This document shows, piece after piece, positions 1-8,733 of a DNA stretch of 64,000 nt. The notes under the pieces are model-generated. The model was not told the DNA's origin. It ran no database searches and saw nothing but the letters and a program-made list of their open reading frames with translations. Source of the stretch: a bacterium (GTDB taxonomy: Bacteria > UBA8248); assembly GCA_965213625.1 (NCBI GenBank), contig CBDBZU010000004.1, forward strand, positions 2,720,001-2,784,000. The letters are read 5' to 3'. The stretch's first letter is position 1, and every line of letters begins with the position of its first letter. The position numbers and the translations under genes were made by a program.

Positions 1-737
1 CCGCTCAAAGCCCCTGTCAGGAAGGTGAACATGAGCGCCAGGCCGTATCCCTTGTAATCGCCCAGGGGAAGCATGGTTCCCTTGGCTGCGAGTGCGGCAT
101 CCGTGGTCGGGTTGCCCGAAGGATCCAGCGCCCAGCCTTGGGGAATCGGTTCTCCCGTTCTGGCGGCGAGCAGCACGTAGCCTCTCGCCACCTTGGATGT
201 AGCGATGTCGAAGAGGATGGGATATTCCTGGCTTGAGGGGACTGCGAAGGCCACCGGGTTGTTCCCGATCATTCTCTCGAAACCACCCCACGGAGCAAGA
301 TTTCCCACCGCGCCGCTGATGACCATGCCGATCATACCGTGTTCGAGCGCCATGGCGGCGAAATAACCGATGTGGCCGGTGTGGGAGGATTTTCTGATCG
401 CGGCAGCGCCGATGCCGCCGGTTTGCGCCTTCTCGATGGCGACTTCCATGGCGCGCCGTGCGACGACGGCGCTCATGCCGTAGTCACCATCGAGCAGAGA
501 GTAAGCGGGCAGATCGGTGATGGTACGCACATGAGGTTTCGGGTTCGCCGTCCCTTTTTTGAGACGCTCCACGAAAACCCCGAATCGAACGCACCCGTGG
601 GAACTCACGCCCCTCAGTTCGGCATCCACAATCTGGGCTGCACACGCATTGGCGTCAGATTCAGGCAGATCGAGGGCGCAGTAGACGCGCGCTAGGTAGG
701 CGTGGAGGTCTTTCGCTTGAACCTTGATGTCCGGCAT
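1..737 (-). CDS. Ldh_2-family (malate/L-lactate/ureidoglycolate/sulfolactate dehydrogenase-like) oxidoreductase, 3' end outside the window
   Basis: Not in the ORF track because it runs off the edge. Manual translation from ATG 737 (GGAGAA RBS) gives MPDIKVQAKDLHAYL...AELRGVSSHG...LLDGDYGM...KSSHTGHIGY...GNNPVAFAVP...FDIATSKVARG...GWALD...YKGYGLALM, the typical Ldh_2 motifs. Confidence 0.88.
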   Translation of the reverse strand, partial: MPDIKVQAKDLHAYLARVYCALDLPESDANACAAQIVDAELRGVSSHGCVRFGVFVERLKKGTANPKPHVRTITDLPAYSLLDGDYGMSAVVARRAMEVAIEKAQTGGIGAAAIRKSSHTGHIGYFAAMALEHGMIGMVISGAVGNLAPWGGFERMIGNNPVAFAVPSSQEYPILFDIATSKVARGYVLLAARTGEPIPQGWALDPSGNPTTDAALAAKGTMLPLGDYKGYGLALMFTFLTGALS

Positions 738-863
738 GTTTTCTCCTTGCGCGTGCTCGATGGACGCGCGCAAACAAACCCCCGCCTTGTCTTGGCGGAT
801 GGGGAAAAGAGTGTTAAGAGCTATTGCGGTGAGTTTGCCTTTACAAGTGGAGGGATCGCAAGC

Positions 864-1952
864 ATGAAAGCGTGGCGATTTTACGCCTTTGGCGATATGA
901 GGTTGGATGAAGTGCCGGACCCGGAGGTGAAGCCGGGTTGGGCGCTGTGCAAGGTGCGGCGGGTGCAGCCGAGCATCACCGACGTGCAGAGGTCTTTGGG
1001 GGTCGGGACCATCAATTCGGCGCTTTTGCGAGAAATGCTCGAAAAATACGCGCCCGTGCAATTGCTGGGGCACGAGATGAGCGCGGAAGTCGTTGAGGTG
1101 GGCGATGGCGTCGAGCATTTAGCACCGGGTGACAGGGTGTGCACCTCGGGCCACGTACCGTGTCTCGCGTGCAGTTTCTGTCGCGAGGGTCGGGAGATGT
1201 ACTGCATCGACAAGCTGCATGTGGGCATCAACACGCCGGGTGCGTTCGCCGAATACATCGCGCTTCCGGCGCACGGCCTCGTGAAGCCCCCCCAGACGCT
1301 GGACGATTCTTCCATTGCCTGCCTGCAGCCGTTTTCCTCCACGGTTGCCGCCATGCGCGACTCGAAGGTTCAGCCTGGCGAGACGGTGGCCATCACCGGT
1401 CAGGGGGTCATGGGTCTCTACACCTTACAGGCCGCACGCACCTGCGGAGCGGGCGCCGTCTACGTGAGCGACGTGAAGGACGAAGCGCTCGCATTGAGCC
1501 GCAAGTTCGGTGCGGACGAAATCATCGACGCGAGAGTCGACGATCCGGTAGAGAGGGTGATGGAGATAACGGAGGGCAGGGGCGTCGACCTCGTATTCGA
1601 GTGCGCTGGGGGCAACGCGGAGCAGGGACTATCGGGCCACACCACGCTTCACCAGGCGACGCGCATGGTGCGCATCGGCGGGCGCGTGCTCCAGATCGCG
1701 GGTCTCATCGGAGATGTGAAATTCGACCCGGTTTTCATGCGCGCACAGGGAATTCAGTGGATTTTTCCGGAAGGTCACGGCGCGGACACAGTAGCTCTGG
1801 GCGGAAAATGGGTGGCCAGCGGAAGGATCGACGTGAACTCTCTCATTACGCATGAGGAGCACGGAATCGAAAACCTGCCCCGAGTGATGGAGATCACAAA
1901 TAAGAAGGCCGAATACCGGGCGACGAACCCTTGCCAGCTCGTGCTGGCTTAA
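864..1952 (+). CDS. Zn-dependent medium-chain dehydrogenase (MDR, threonine/sorbitol dehydrogenase-like)
   Basis: GHE motif, structural Zn site CLACSFC-x7-C, Rossmann GQGVMG. ATG 864 after GGGAGG is preferred over the upstream ORF start at 702. Confidence 0.85.
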   Translation: MKAWRFYAFGDMRLDEVPDPEVKPGWALCKVRRVQPSITDVQRSLGVGTINSALLREMLEKYAPVQLLGHEMSAEVVEVGDGVEHLAPGDRVCTSGHVPCLACSFCREGREMYCIDKLHVGINTPGAFAEYIALPAHGLVKPPQTLDDSSIACLQPFSSTVAAMRDSKVQPGETVAITGQGVMGLYTLQAARTCGAGAVYVSDVKDEALALSRKFGADEIIDARVDDPVERVMEITEGRGVDLVFECAGGNAEQGLSGHTTLHQATRMVRIGGRVLQIAGLIGDVKFDPVFMRAQGIQWIFPEGHGADTVALGGKWVASGRIDVNSLITHEEHGIENLPRVMEITNKKAEYRATNPCQLVLA

Positions 1953-1998
1953 TGAGCAGTATTTCATCGTTTATTCATGATTTACTAAGGAGAATAAG

Positions 1999-2787
1999 AT
2001 GGACCTTGGTTTGACGGGAAAGATCGCCATCGTAACGGGAGCGAGCCGGGGCATCGGCCGCGAATGCGCTATCGCGCTGGCGAAAGAGGGTGCTCGCGTG
2101 TGCGTCACGGCGCGCGATGAGGCGCTTTTGTCTACGGCGGTGGAAGATGTGAACGCCGCAGGGGGTGAGGGCATGTTTGTTTCCTCCGATCTGAATTCAC
2201 TCGATGGCTGCAAGAAGGTGGTCGATGCGTGCGTCTCGAATTTCGGCGGTGTGGACATTCTCATCAACAGCGCGGGCGCGGCACGGGGTGGAGACATTCT
2301 TGAACTCGACGCGGAGTTTATCACTGAAGCGCTCACGCTCAAGACGTACGGGTATCTGCGTATGTCCCAGTTGGTGATTCTCCACATGAAGAAAAACGGC
2401 TGGGGCCGCATCGTGAACATCGCGGGCGGTGCGGGCGCGAGTCCCGCGCGGGGGAACATCCCCACGAGCGCGGCGAACATCACGGTGCTCAACAACACGA
2501 GAGCGCTCTCGGACGCCGTAGCGGGAGACGGAATTCAGGTGAACACCGTGTGTCCGGGCATGACGAATACGCAGCGCGCTCGCGACCTCATGCAGGGGCC
2601 TGCGGATAAAGCCGGCAAGGATGTCGAGGAATTCTTGAAAGATGTCGGCGCGAGGACGCCTGCCGGAAGAATCGCCGAGCCCGAGGAGGTGGCGAACGTC
2701 GCCACGTTCCTGGCCTCCGCCGCGTGCTCTTACGTGAACGGCAGTTCCATATACATGGATGGCGGCAGCCGCAGGGCGACGCCGTAA
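1999..2787 (+). CDS. SDR-family oxidoreductase (atypical active site)
   Basis: TGASRGIG, DILINSAG, VNTVCPG and MDGG motifs; AAGGAG RBS. Confidence 0.88.
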   Translation: MDLGLTGKIAIVTGASRGIGRECAIALAKEGARVCVTARDEALLSTAVEDVNAAGGEGMFVSSDLNSLDGCKKVVDACVSNFGGVDILINSAGAARGGDILELDAEFITEALTLKTYGYLRMSQLVILHMKKNGWGRIVNIAGGAGASPARGNIPTSAANITVLNNTRALSDAVAGDGIQVNTVCPGMTNTQRARDLMQGPADKAGKDVEEFLKDVGARTPAGRIAEPEEVANVATFLASAACSYVNGSSIYMDGGSRRATP

Positions 2788-2808
2788 ACGACGCTGCGCG
2801 CCTTTTTC

Positions 2809-2850
2809 TCCTCCGGGCGGGAATTTCAAGCCGCCCGGAGGATTTTTGTT
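2809..2850 (+). terminator. Rho-independent terminator-like hairpin
   Basis: TCCTCCGGGCGG-10 nt loop-CCGCCCGGAGGA followed by TTTTTGTT, just after the SDR stop. Confidence 0.7.
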
Positions 2851-2861
2851 AGTTATAAGGG

Positions 2862-3946
2862 ATGAGACAGAAGATGGCGAAACTTTTCGATGCGTTTTCT
2901 TTGCGGGGTGTCACGCTCAGAAACCGGATTTGCGTGTCCCCCATGTGTCAGTATAGCGCGGATGACGGCAAGCTTACCGAGTGGCACCTCGTGCACCTGG
3001 GCGCCCGCGCGGTCGGGGGTGCTGGTCTGGTGCTGGTCGAGATGACGAACGTGGAGGCGCGCGGACGCATTACACACGGTTGCTCGGGCATCTGGTCGGA
3101 TGATCACGTCGAGCCGCTGGCGCGGGTCGCGCGGTTCGTTTCCGGCCAAGGAGCCGTCGCCGGGATTCAGATAGGACACGCGGTCGCAAGGGTAGTTGCG
3201 CGCCCACCTGGGAGGGCGGGGGCTATCTCTCGGATGAGGAGGGCGGCTGGGGGATCGTGGCGCCGAGCGCGGTTCCGTTTCACGAGAAGGCGCGCGTGCC
3301 CAAGGCGCTGAGCCCCGATGAGATCGCTGGGATTCAGGAAGCGTTCCGTCAGGGCGCGAGACGCGCTGATGAGGCGGGTTTCGGGTGGCTCGAGATTCAC
3401 GGCGCGCACGGGTATCTCTTCCACAGTTTCCATTCTCCGGTTTCAAACCAAAGAGAAGACGACTACGGCGGCAGTTTCGAGAACCGTATACGTTTCACGT
3501 TGGAGACGGTTCGAATCGTGAGGGAACAATGGCCGGAAGAGAAGCCGCTGGCCATCCGCCTCTCGTGCACCGACTATTTCGAAGGCGGCTGGACGCTCGA
3601 TGAAACCATTGAGTTCGCAAAAATTCTCAAGATCGAAGGAATCGACCTCATCGATTGCAGCGGGGGCGGGGGAACGCCGCTGGCGAAGATTCCCGTGGGT
3701 CCGGGTTATCAGGTGCCGCTATCGCAAGCCGTGCGTTCGGGGGCCGATATACCCACAGCCACGGTGGGCATGATCACCCAGGCGTGGCAGGCGGATCAGA
3801 TTGTCCGAAACGGGGAGGCCGACATCGTATTCATGGCGCGTGAGATGCTGCGCGAGCCCTACTGGCCGCAAAAGGCGGCCGCCGCACTCGGCGTGATGGA
3901 TGAGGCCTATGTCGCTGACCAGTACCACCGCGCCCACGGGAGGTGA
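2862..3946 (+). pseudogene. namA: NADH:flavin oxidoreductase (YqjM/NamA-type old yellow enzyme) split by a 1-nt deletion near 3180-3183 (pseudogene or sequencing error)
   Basis: 5' ORF has LRNRICVSPMCQYS...GIQIGHA. The expected continuation GRKG...W...VAPSA lies in the frame of the 3257-3946 ORF, which carries EIHGAHGYL, GYQVP and C-terminal QYHRA. Confidence 0.85.
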
Positions 3947-4020
3947 CGTCTAAGCCGCGAACCATCAGATTTTTCCTTATCCTGGCGCCCATTGGCTTTA
4001 CGGCTTCTCCCGCCAATACA

Positions 4021-4050
4021 TTGACAAGGCTCAAGGGGCCGTGTTGTAAT
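4021..4050 (+). promoter_or_regulatory. Putative sigma70 promoter of the ABC operon
   Basis: TTGACA-18 nt-TGTAAT with an extended -10 TG, upstream of ATG 4108. Confidence 0.5.
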
Positions 4051-4107
4051 TTTCGGACTGCCAAACAACCGAATAACAGGGTTCACATCCACACGGGAGA
4101 AAAGTCG

Positions 4108-5292
4108 ATGAACCACATTTTTTCGCGCTTTTTGAAACGCGCCACTTTCTGGGTTGCGCTCGTCGTAGCGATTGGTTTGCTGGGCGGCCCGATCGCCAGT
4201 GACGCGTCAGCGGCCAAGAAGAAACCGCTTCGCTTCGGGGTCGCCGATCCGTTGACCGGGCCCGCCGCAATTTTCGGCAAGGACCAGATGCAGGCGGTCC
4301 GCTGGGCGGTCGAGGACATCAACGCCAAGGGCGGCGTCAACGGTCATCCGCTCGAAGCCATCATTCTGGATCACCAGGCGAAGCCGGAGGTCGGCATCGC
4401 GGTGGTCAACCGCTTCGTCCACGTGGAGAAGGTGCCCGTGTACATCACCGCGTTCAGCAATGTGGTCAAGGCGGTCGCGCCCATCGCCAACCGCGAGAAA
4501 GTGCTGATGCTGAGCGTGGGTGCAAACGCGCCGGCCATCGCTCGGCTGGGCGATTACGTCTATACGACCTTCCCGCTGGCGGACGTGGACATGAACGCGC
4601 TCGGCAAATACGCCTTTCAGAAGATGGGCAAGCGCCGCGCAGCCGTCTTGCACGTGAACCACGAGACGGGCAGGGACGGGGCCAAAGTCTTCAGCAACAG
4701 CTTCAAGAAAGCCGGCGGTAAAGTTGTCGTATATGAATCCTACGAGCAGGAGCGTTCGGACTTCACCGGTCTGGTGCTCAAGGTGAAGGCGGCGAATCCC
4801 GACATCATCCACATCCACAGCGTGATCCGTGATTTCACGGCCGTCGTCGCGCAGATGCGCCAACTCGGCGTGAAGACCCAGATCACCAGCTACCAGACGG
4901 CTTTCAACCCCAAGATGATCGAGCAGTTGGGCAAGGGTGCGGAGGGCATCATCGTGACTGCGCTGGCCCCCAGCGTGGAGGACAACAAGAACCTGCCCGC
5001 CTATATTGAGCGCTGGAAAAAGGCGTACAAACGGATGCCCATCGGGCTGCCCTATACGCAGTATTTCTACGATGCGCCATACATCGTGGCGGCGCTCTAC
5101 AAGTGGGTGCTGGACAAGAAACTGCCGATCACCGGCGAGAATATGCGCAAGGCGCTGGTGGCGATAAAGACATTCGAGCAGCCATTGACCAATTCGGTGA
5201 CCATCAACGACAATCACACGGTCAAGAAGCCGGTCTACTTCTGGCAGGTGAAGGGCGGTAAGTTCACGCTTATCGGCTCCCAAAAGGATTAG
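4108..5292 (+). CDS. Branched-chain amino acid-type (Liv/HAAT) ABC transporter substrate-binding protein
   Basis: Signal peptide followed by PLTGPAA..G...AVEDINAKGGVNG motif; first gene of a complete Liv-type operon. Confidence 0.88.
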   Translation: MNHIFSRFLKRATFWVALVVAIGLLGGPIASDASAAKKKPLRFGVADPLTGPAAIFGKDQMQAVRWAVEDINAKGGVNGHPLEAIILDHQAKPEVGIAVVNRFVHVEKVPVYITAFSNVVKAVAPIANREKVLMLSVGANAPAIARLGDYVYTTFPLADVDMNALGKYAFQKMGKRRAAVLHVNHETGRDGAKVFSNSFKKAGGKVVVYESYEQERSDFTGLVLKVKAANPDIIHIHSVIRDFTAVVAQMRQLGVKTQITSYQTAFNPKMIEQLGKGAEGIIVTALAPSVEDNKNLPAYIERWKKAYKRMPIGLPYTQYFYDAPYIVAALYKWVLDKKLPITGENMRKALVAIKTFEQPLTNSVTINDNHTVKKPVYFWQVKGGKFTLIGSQKD

Positions 5293-5310
5293 CCCAGTAT
5301 GTATTCTTTG

Positions 5311-5338
5311 GGTGGGCGCGCCGACGGGCGCGCCCACC
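5311..5338. repeat. Palindromic intergenic hairpin (REP-like or mRNA-stabilising)
   Basis: GGTGGGCGCGCC-GACG-GGCGCGCCCACC perfect 12-bp inverted repeat between the SBP and first permease genes. Confidence 0.65.
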
Positions 5339-5366
5339 GGGATTTAATCGGGTGTGACGTCAAGCC

Positions 5367-6314
5367 ATGCTGACGTGGGGGATAGTCGGCCAACTCCTGT
5401 GGACGGGTTTCGCCACTGCGACCTTTTACTGCCTGTTTGCAGTGTCGTTCTCGCTCGTTCTCAAGGTCAACAAGATATGGAACTTCGCCCAGGCCGGGGT
5501 GATGGTTTTTTCCTATTACGCCCTTCTCGTGGCGTTTCGGCACTGGGGGTTGCCGCTTGTTCCCGCGCTCGCCTTCGGGCTCCTGATAACGCTTTGCGTC
5601 TCGCTCGCGATCGAGCGCTACGCCTTCATGGTATTTCGTGACCGCAATTCCTCGATCCTCACCCTTTTCATCTTCACGATCGTGTTTTCCGAGTTCTCGG
5701 GCTACCTCATTGAACTCTTCTTCGGGACCGAACCGCAGACGCTATACCCGAGCCTTTTGTGGCCCGTCGATCTTTACGGCGGCATCGCGATCAGCCACTG
5801 GGATTTGATGGCGATTTCTGTGACGGCTGTGCTTATGCTGTTCCTCTATCTCTTTATTCACCGAACGCGCTACGGTCAATATCTCATCGCCGTCGCTGAC
5901 AACGAGAACCTGGCGGAGATATACGGAATCAGCCGAAAGCGCGCCTACGGCGTCTCGATCTCCATCGCCGCGGTGCTCATCACCGCCGGCATGTATATTT
6001 TCGGGACGAAGGCGGCGCTGTTTCCCACCACGCCACTGCAGCATCTGTTGATATTCGCCGTAATCGCGACGATTCTGGCCGGCATCGGCAACGTGTTTCG
6101 CGCCGGAATTGCAGCCATTGCGCTGGGTCTCATACAAGCGTTCAGCATCCTCGTCATCGCGTCCAAATGGCAGGCGCTGCTGGCCTATATTCTGATATTT
6201 GTCGTCATCATCTTCTTCCCGCGCGGATTCGCCTTGCCGCGCAAGCTGAGCGGGCTGGTGAGACCTTCGGGACGCTCCGCCGCCGTGGCGGTGGCCGATG
6301 CCACGCGCGATTGA
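5367..6314 (+). CDS. ABC transporter permease (LivH-like)
   Basis: Multi-TM protein with NFAQ and TRYG...AVADN...A...GI motifs. Confidence 0.88.
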   Translation: MLTWGIVGQLLWTGFATATFYCLFAVSFSLVLKVNKIWNFAQAGVMVFSYYALLVAFRHWGLPLVPALAFGLLITLCVSLAIERYAFMVFRDRNSSILTLFIFTIVFSEFSGYLIELFFGTEPQTLYPSLLWPVDLYGGIAISHWDLMAISVTAVLMLFLYLFIHRTRYGQYLIAVADNENLAEIYGISRKRAYGVSISIAAVLITAGMYIFGTKAALFPTTPLQHLLIFAVIATILAGIGNVFRAGIAAIALGLIQAFSILVIASKWQALLAYILIFVVIIFFPRGFALPRKLSGLVRPSGRSAAVAVADATRD

Positions 6315-6321
6315 GTAGGAC

Positions 6322-7236
6322 ATGGAATATATTCTCACAGTAATGGTGCTCATCGGGATCAACGTGATCCTCGCTACGAGCTTCAATCTCATTCTGGGAT
6401 ACGGCGGGCTGATGAGCGTCGCCCATCCCATCTTCTACGCCATCGGGGCTTATTGCTCCGGTCTTCTGGCAATCCACTTGCAGATTCCGGTTCAGCTTTC
6501 GATCCTGCTAGGGGCGTTCATCGCTATGGTGCTTTCGTTCGGTGTGTCGCTGCCCTCGCTTCGTGTCTCGGGCGATTACCTCGTCATCGCCAGCATCGGG
6601 TTTCAACTCGGCATCCTGCACGTAATCAACAACCTCGATTTCACAGGAGCAGCTGGCGGACTAACCAACATTCCGGTGCTGAACGAAGGCCCGTCCCGAA
6701 GCCTTGTCTTTGTCCTGCTCGTTGCTGTCGTCGCAGCCTGCGCGGTTCTGCTGGTAGGCTGGATCGTCGAAGGCGATTACGGCCGGGCCATCACCGCCAT
6801 GCGCAATGACGAGGAGGCCTTCAGCGCCTTGGGCCGCAATGCGATGAACATCAAAATCGTCCTGTTCGCCATCGGTTCGGGCATGGCCGGACTGGCGGGC
6901 GCTCTCTATGCGCATTACTTCGCCTACGTCACCCCCGAGCAATTTGGAATATTCACATCTGCGGCCCTGTTGACGATGGTGGTCGTGGGTGGCGCCGCTA
7001 CGACATGGGGACCCCTGGTGGGCGCAGTGCTTCTGACGACCCTTCCTCAAGCCATTACGTTTCTCGGCCTGCCCGTCTCGATCATGGCGCCGCTGCAGGG
7101 CGTCATCTACACGACGCTCGTCATATTCTTCCTCTTTGCACGGCCCCAGGGTCTGATGGGAGGCAGCCGCGGTGGTGGCGGACTCGAGGCCTGGAGCGCG
7201 AGCGCGGCCTTCAGAGCGAGGAGGGATGCGGAGTGA
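6322..7236 (+). CDS. ABC transporter permease (LivM-like)
   Basis: NLILGYGGLMSVAH, LRVSGDYL, AMRNDE and VVGG motifs. Confidence 0.88.
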   Translation: MEYILTVMVLIGINVILATSFNLILGYGGLMSVAHPIFYAIGAYCSGLLAIHLQIPVQLSILLGAFIAMVLSFGVSLPSLRVSGDYLVIASIGFQLGILHVINNLDFTGAAGGLTNIPVLNEGPSRSLVFVLLVAVVAACAVLLVGWIVEGDYGRAITAMRNDEEAFSALGRNAMNIKIVLFAIGSGMAGLAGALYAHYFAYVTPEQFGIFTSAALLTMVVVGGAATTWGPLVGAVLLTTLPQAITFLGLPVSIMAPLQGVIYTTLVIFFLFARPQGLMGGSRGGGGLEAWSASAAFRARRDAE

Positions 7237-8003
7237 GCGAGATTGTCAAGATCGAGGATTTGCACAAGAGCTTTGGCGGTATCGTCGTAGCGGACGACGT
7301 GAATATGAGCTTCGAGGCGGGTGAGATCGTCGGCCTCATCGGTCCCAACGGAGCGGGAAAGACGTCTTTGTTCAATCTAATCTCAGGCGTGATTTCTCCC
7401 GATGCGGGATCGATATACGTGGAAGGCCATCGCGTTGATCAACTACCCATGCACCACCGCGCGCGCATCGGCCTTGCGCGCACCTGGCAGAACACCCGCA
7501 TGTTTCACTCGATGTCGGTAATCGACAACCTGTTGATAGCGACGCGCCGCTACCCAGGTGAATCCCTGGTGCGCATTCTGTTTCGCCGCCGCACAGTCGA
7601 CGTCTTCCGCCAAGAGGCGACGGAGAAGGCCATGGCGCTTCTCGAGCGAGTAGGGCTGGCGGACAAGATGCATGATATGGCGATCGAACTCTCCTATGGC
7701 CAGCAGAAGCGGATCGGACTCGCCCGGGCGCTGATGAGCGACGCAGCGTGCCTGTTGCTGGATGAGCCCATGGCGGGTGTCGAAGGCCAAGCGTATGAAA
7801 CCATCATCCGTGTCATCCGCGAAGAGGCCCAGGCCGGACGCGCTGTCTGTGTGGTGGAGCACAACATTTCGTTTATCCGCGACATCAGCGATCGCACGGT
7901 TTTCATGTTCAATGGATGTGTTCTGGCCAGCGGCTCCGTCGATGAGTTGACACGCGATTCGCAGTTAACGGACTTGTATTTCGGCGGTGAACACCCGCAA
8001 TAA
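7233..8003 (+). CDS. ABC transporter ATP-binding protein (LivG-like)
   Basis: GPNGAGKT, LSYGQ, LLLDEP and VEHN motifs; GTG start overlapping the upstream stop. Confidence 0.88.
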   Translation: MSEIVKIEDLHKSFGGIVVADDVNMSFEAGEIVGLIGPNGAGKTSLFNLISGVISPDAGSIYVEGHRVDQLPMHHRARIGLARTWQNTRMFHSMSVIDNLLIATRRYPGESLVRILFRRRTVDVFRQEATEKAMALLERVGLADKMHDMAIELSYGQQKRIGLARALMSDAACLLLDEPMAGVEGQAYETIIRVIREEAQAGRAVCVVEHNISFIRDISDRTVFMFNGCVLASGSVDELTRDSQLTDLYFGGEHPQ

Positions 8004-8018
8004 TGACGAGAGAGTAAT

Positions 8019-8702
8019 ATGTTCGAAGTCCAAAATCTCACCGCCCGCTACGGGCCACTCATCGCCGTGAACGATGTGTCGCTCTCCTTTGAGACCGGTG
8101 TGCGGATGGGTATTTTCGGCCATAACGGTTCGGGCAAGTCGACACTTCTCAAATGTCTGGTGGGTGGCGTCAGGGATGTTACCGGCGCCGTGGCTTTTGG
8201 CAGTTCGCCTATCGTTGCTGATCAGGTTCACCGAAACGTCATGCTGGGAATCGGCTTCGTGCCGCAGGTCCAGAACGTTTTCCCGAACCTCACGGTCGAA
8301 CAAAACCTCCACATCGCGGGGTCGAAATCCAACTCCTCGTTTCTCGATGAAGCCTATGCCCTTTTCCCGCTGCTGCGGGAACGCCAGGATCAGTTCGCAG
8401 GCGACATGAGCGGTGGAGAGCAACAGATGCTCGCCGTCTCACTGGCCTTGATGACGAGGCCGCAAATTCTCCTGCTCGATGAACCGACGGCCGGACTCGC
8501 TCCGGCAATCGTGAAAAACGTGCTTGGCTCGCTCTCGCGCATCAACACGGAACTCGGTACCGGGCTGATCCTCGTCGAACAGAACGTGCTCGCCGCCCTG
8601 GACGTCGTCGAGCGCGCAATCGTGCTCAAAGGCGGGCGCATCGTTTTCGACGGAGACAGCGAGGAACTTCGCGCAAAGGAAGATTTGTGGGCCTGGTTCT
8701 GA
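8019..8702 (+). CDS. ABC transporter ATP-binding protein (LivF-like)
   Basis: GHNGSGKS, MSGGEQQML, LLDEPTAGL and VEQN motifs. Confidence 0.9.
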   Translation: MFEVQNLTARYGPLIAVNDVSLSFETGVRMGIFGHNGSGKSTLLKCLVGGVRDVTGAVAFGSSPIVADQVHRNVMLGIGFVPQVQNVFPNLTVEQNLHIAGSKSNSSFLDEAYALFPLLRERQDQFAGDMSGGEQQMLAVSLALMTRPQILLLDEPTAGLAPAIVKNVLGSLSRINTELGTGLILVEQNVLAALDVVERAIVLKGGRIVFDGDSEELRAKEDLWAWF

Positions 8703-8733
8703 CCCCCGCAAGGCACCGATTGAGTCGTTCTCG

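Noticed and set aside
702-863. Extended N-termini given by the ORF track (e.g. starts at 702, 3943, 7005, 10218, 12156, 24474, 27235, 42567, 49312)
   Set aside because: They overlap neighbouring genes or promoters; downstream starts with an RBS match the family N-termini.
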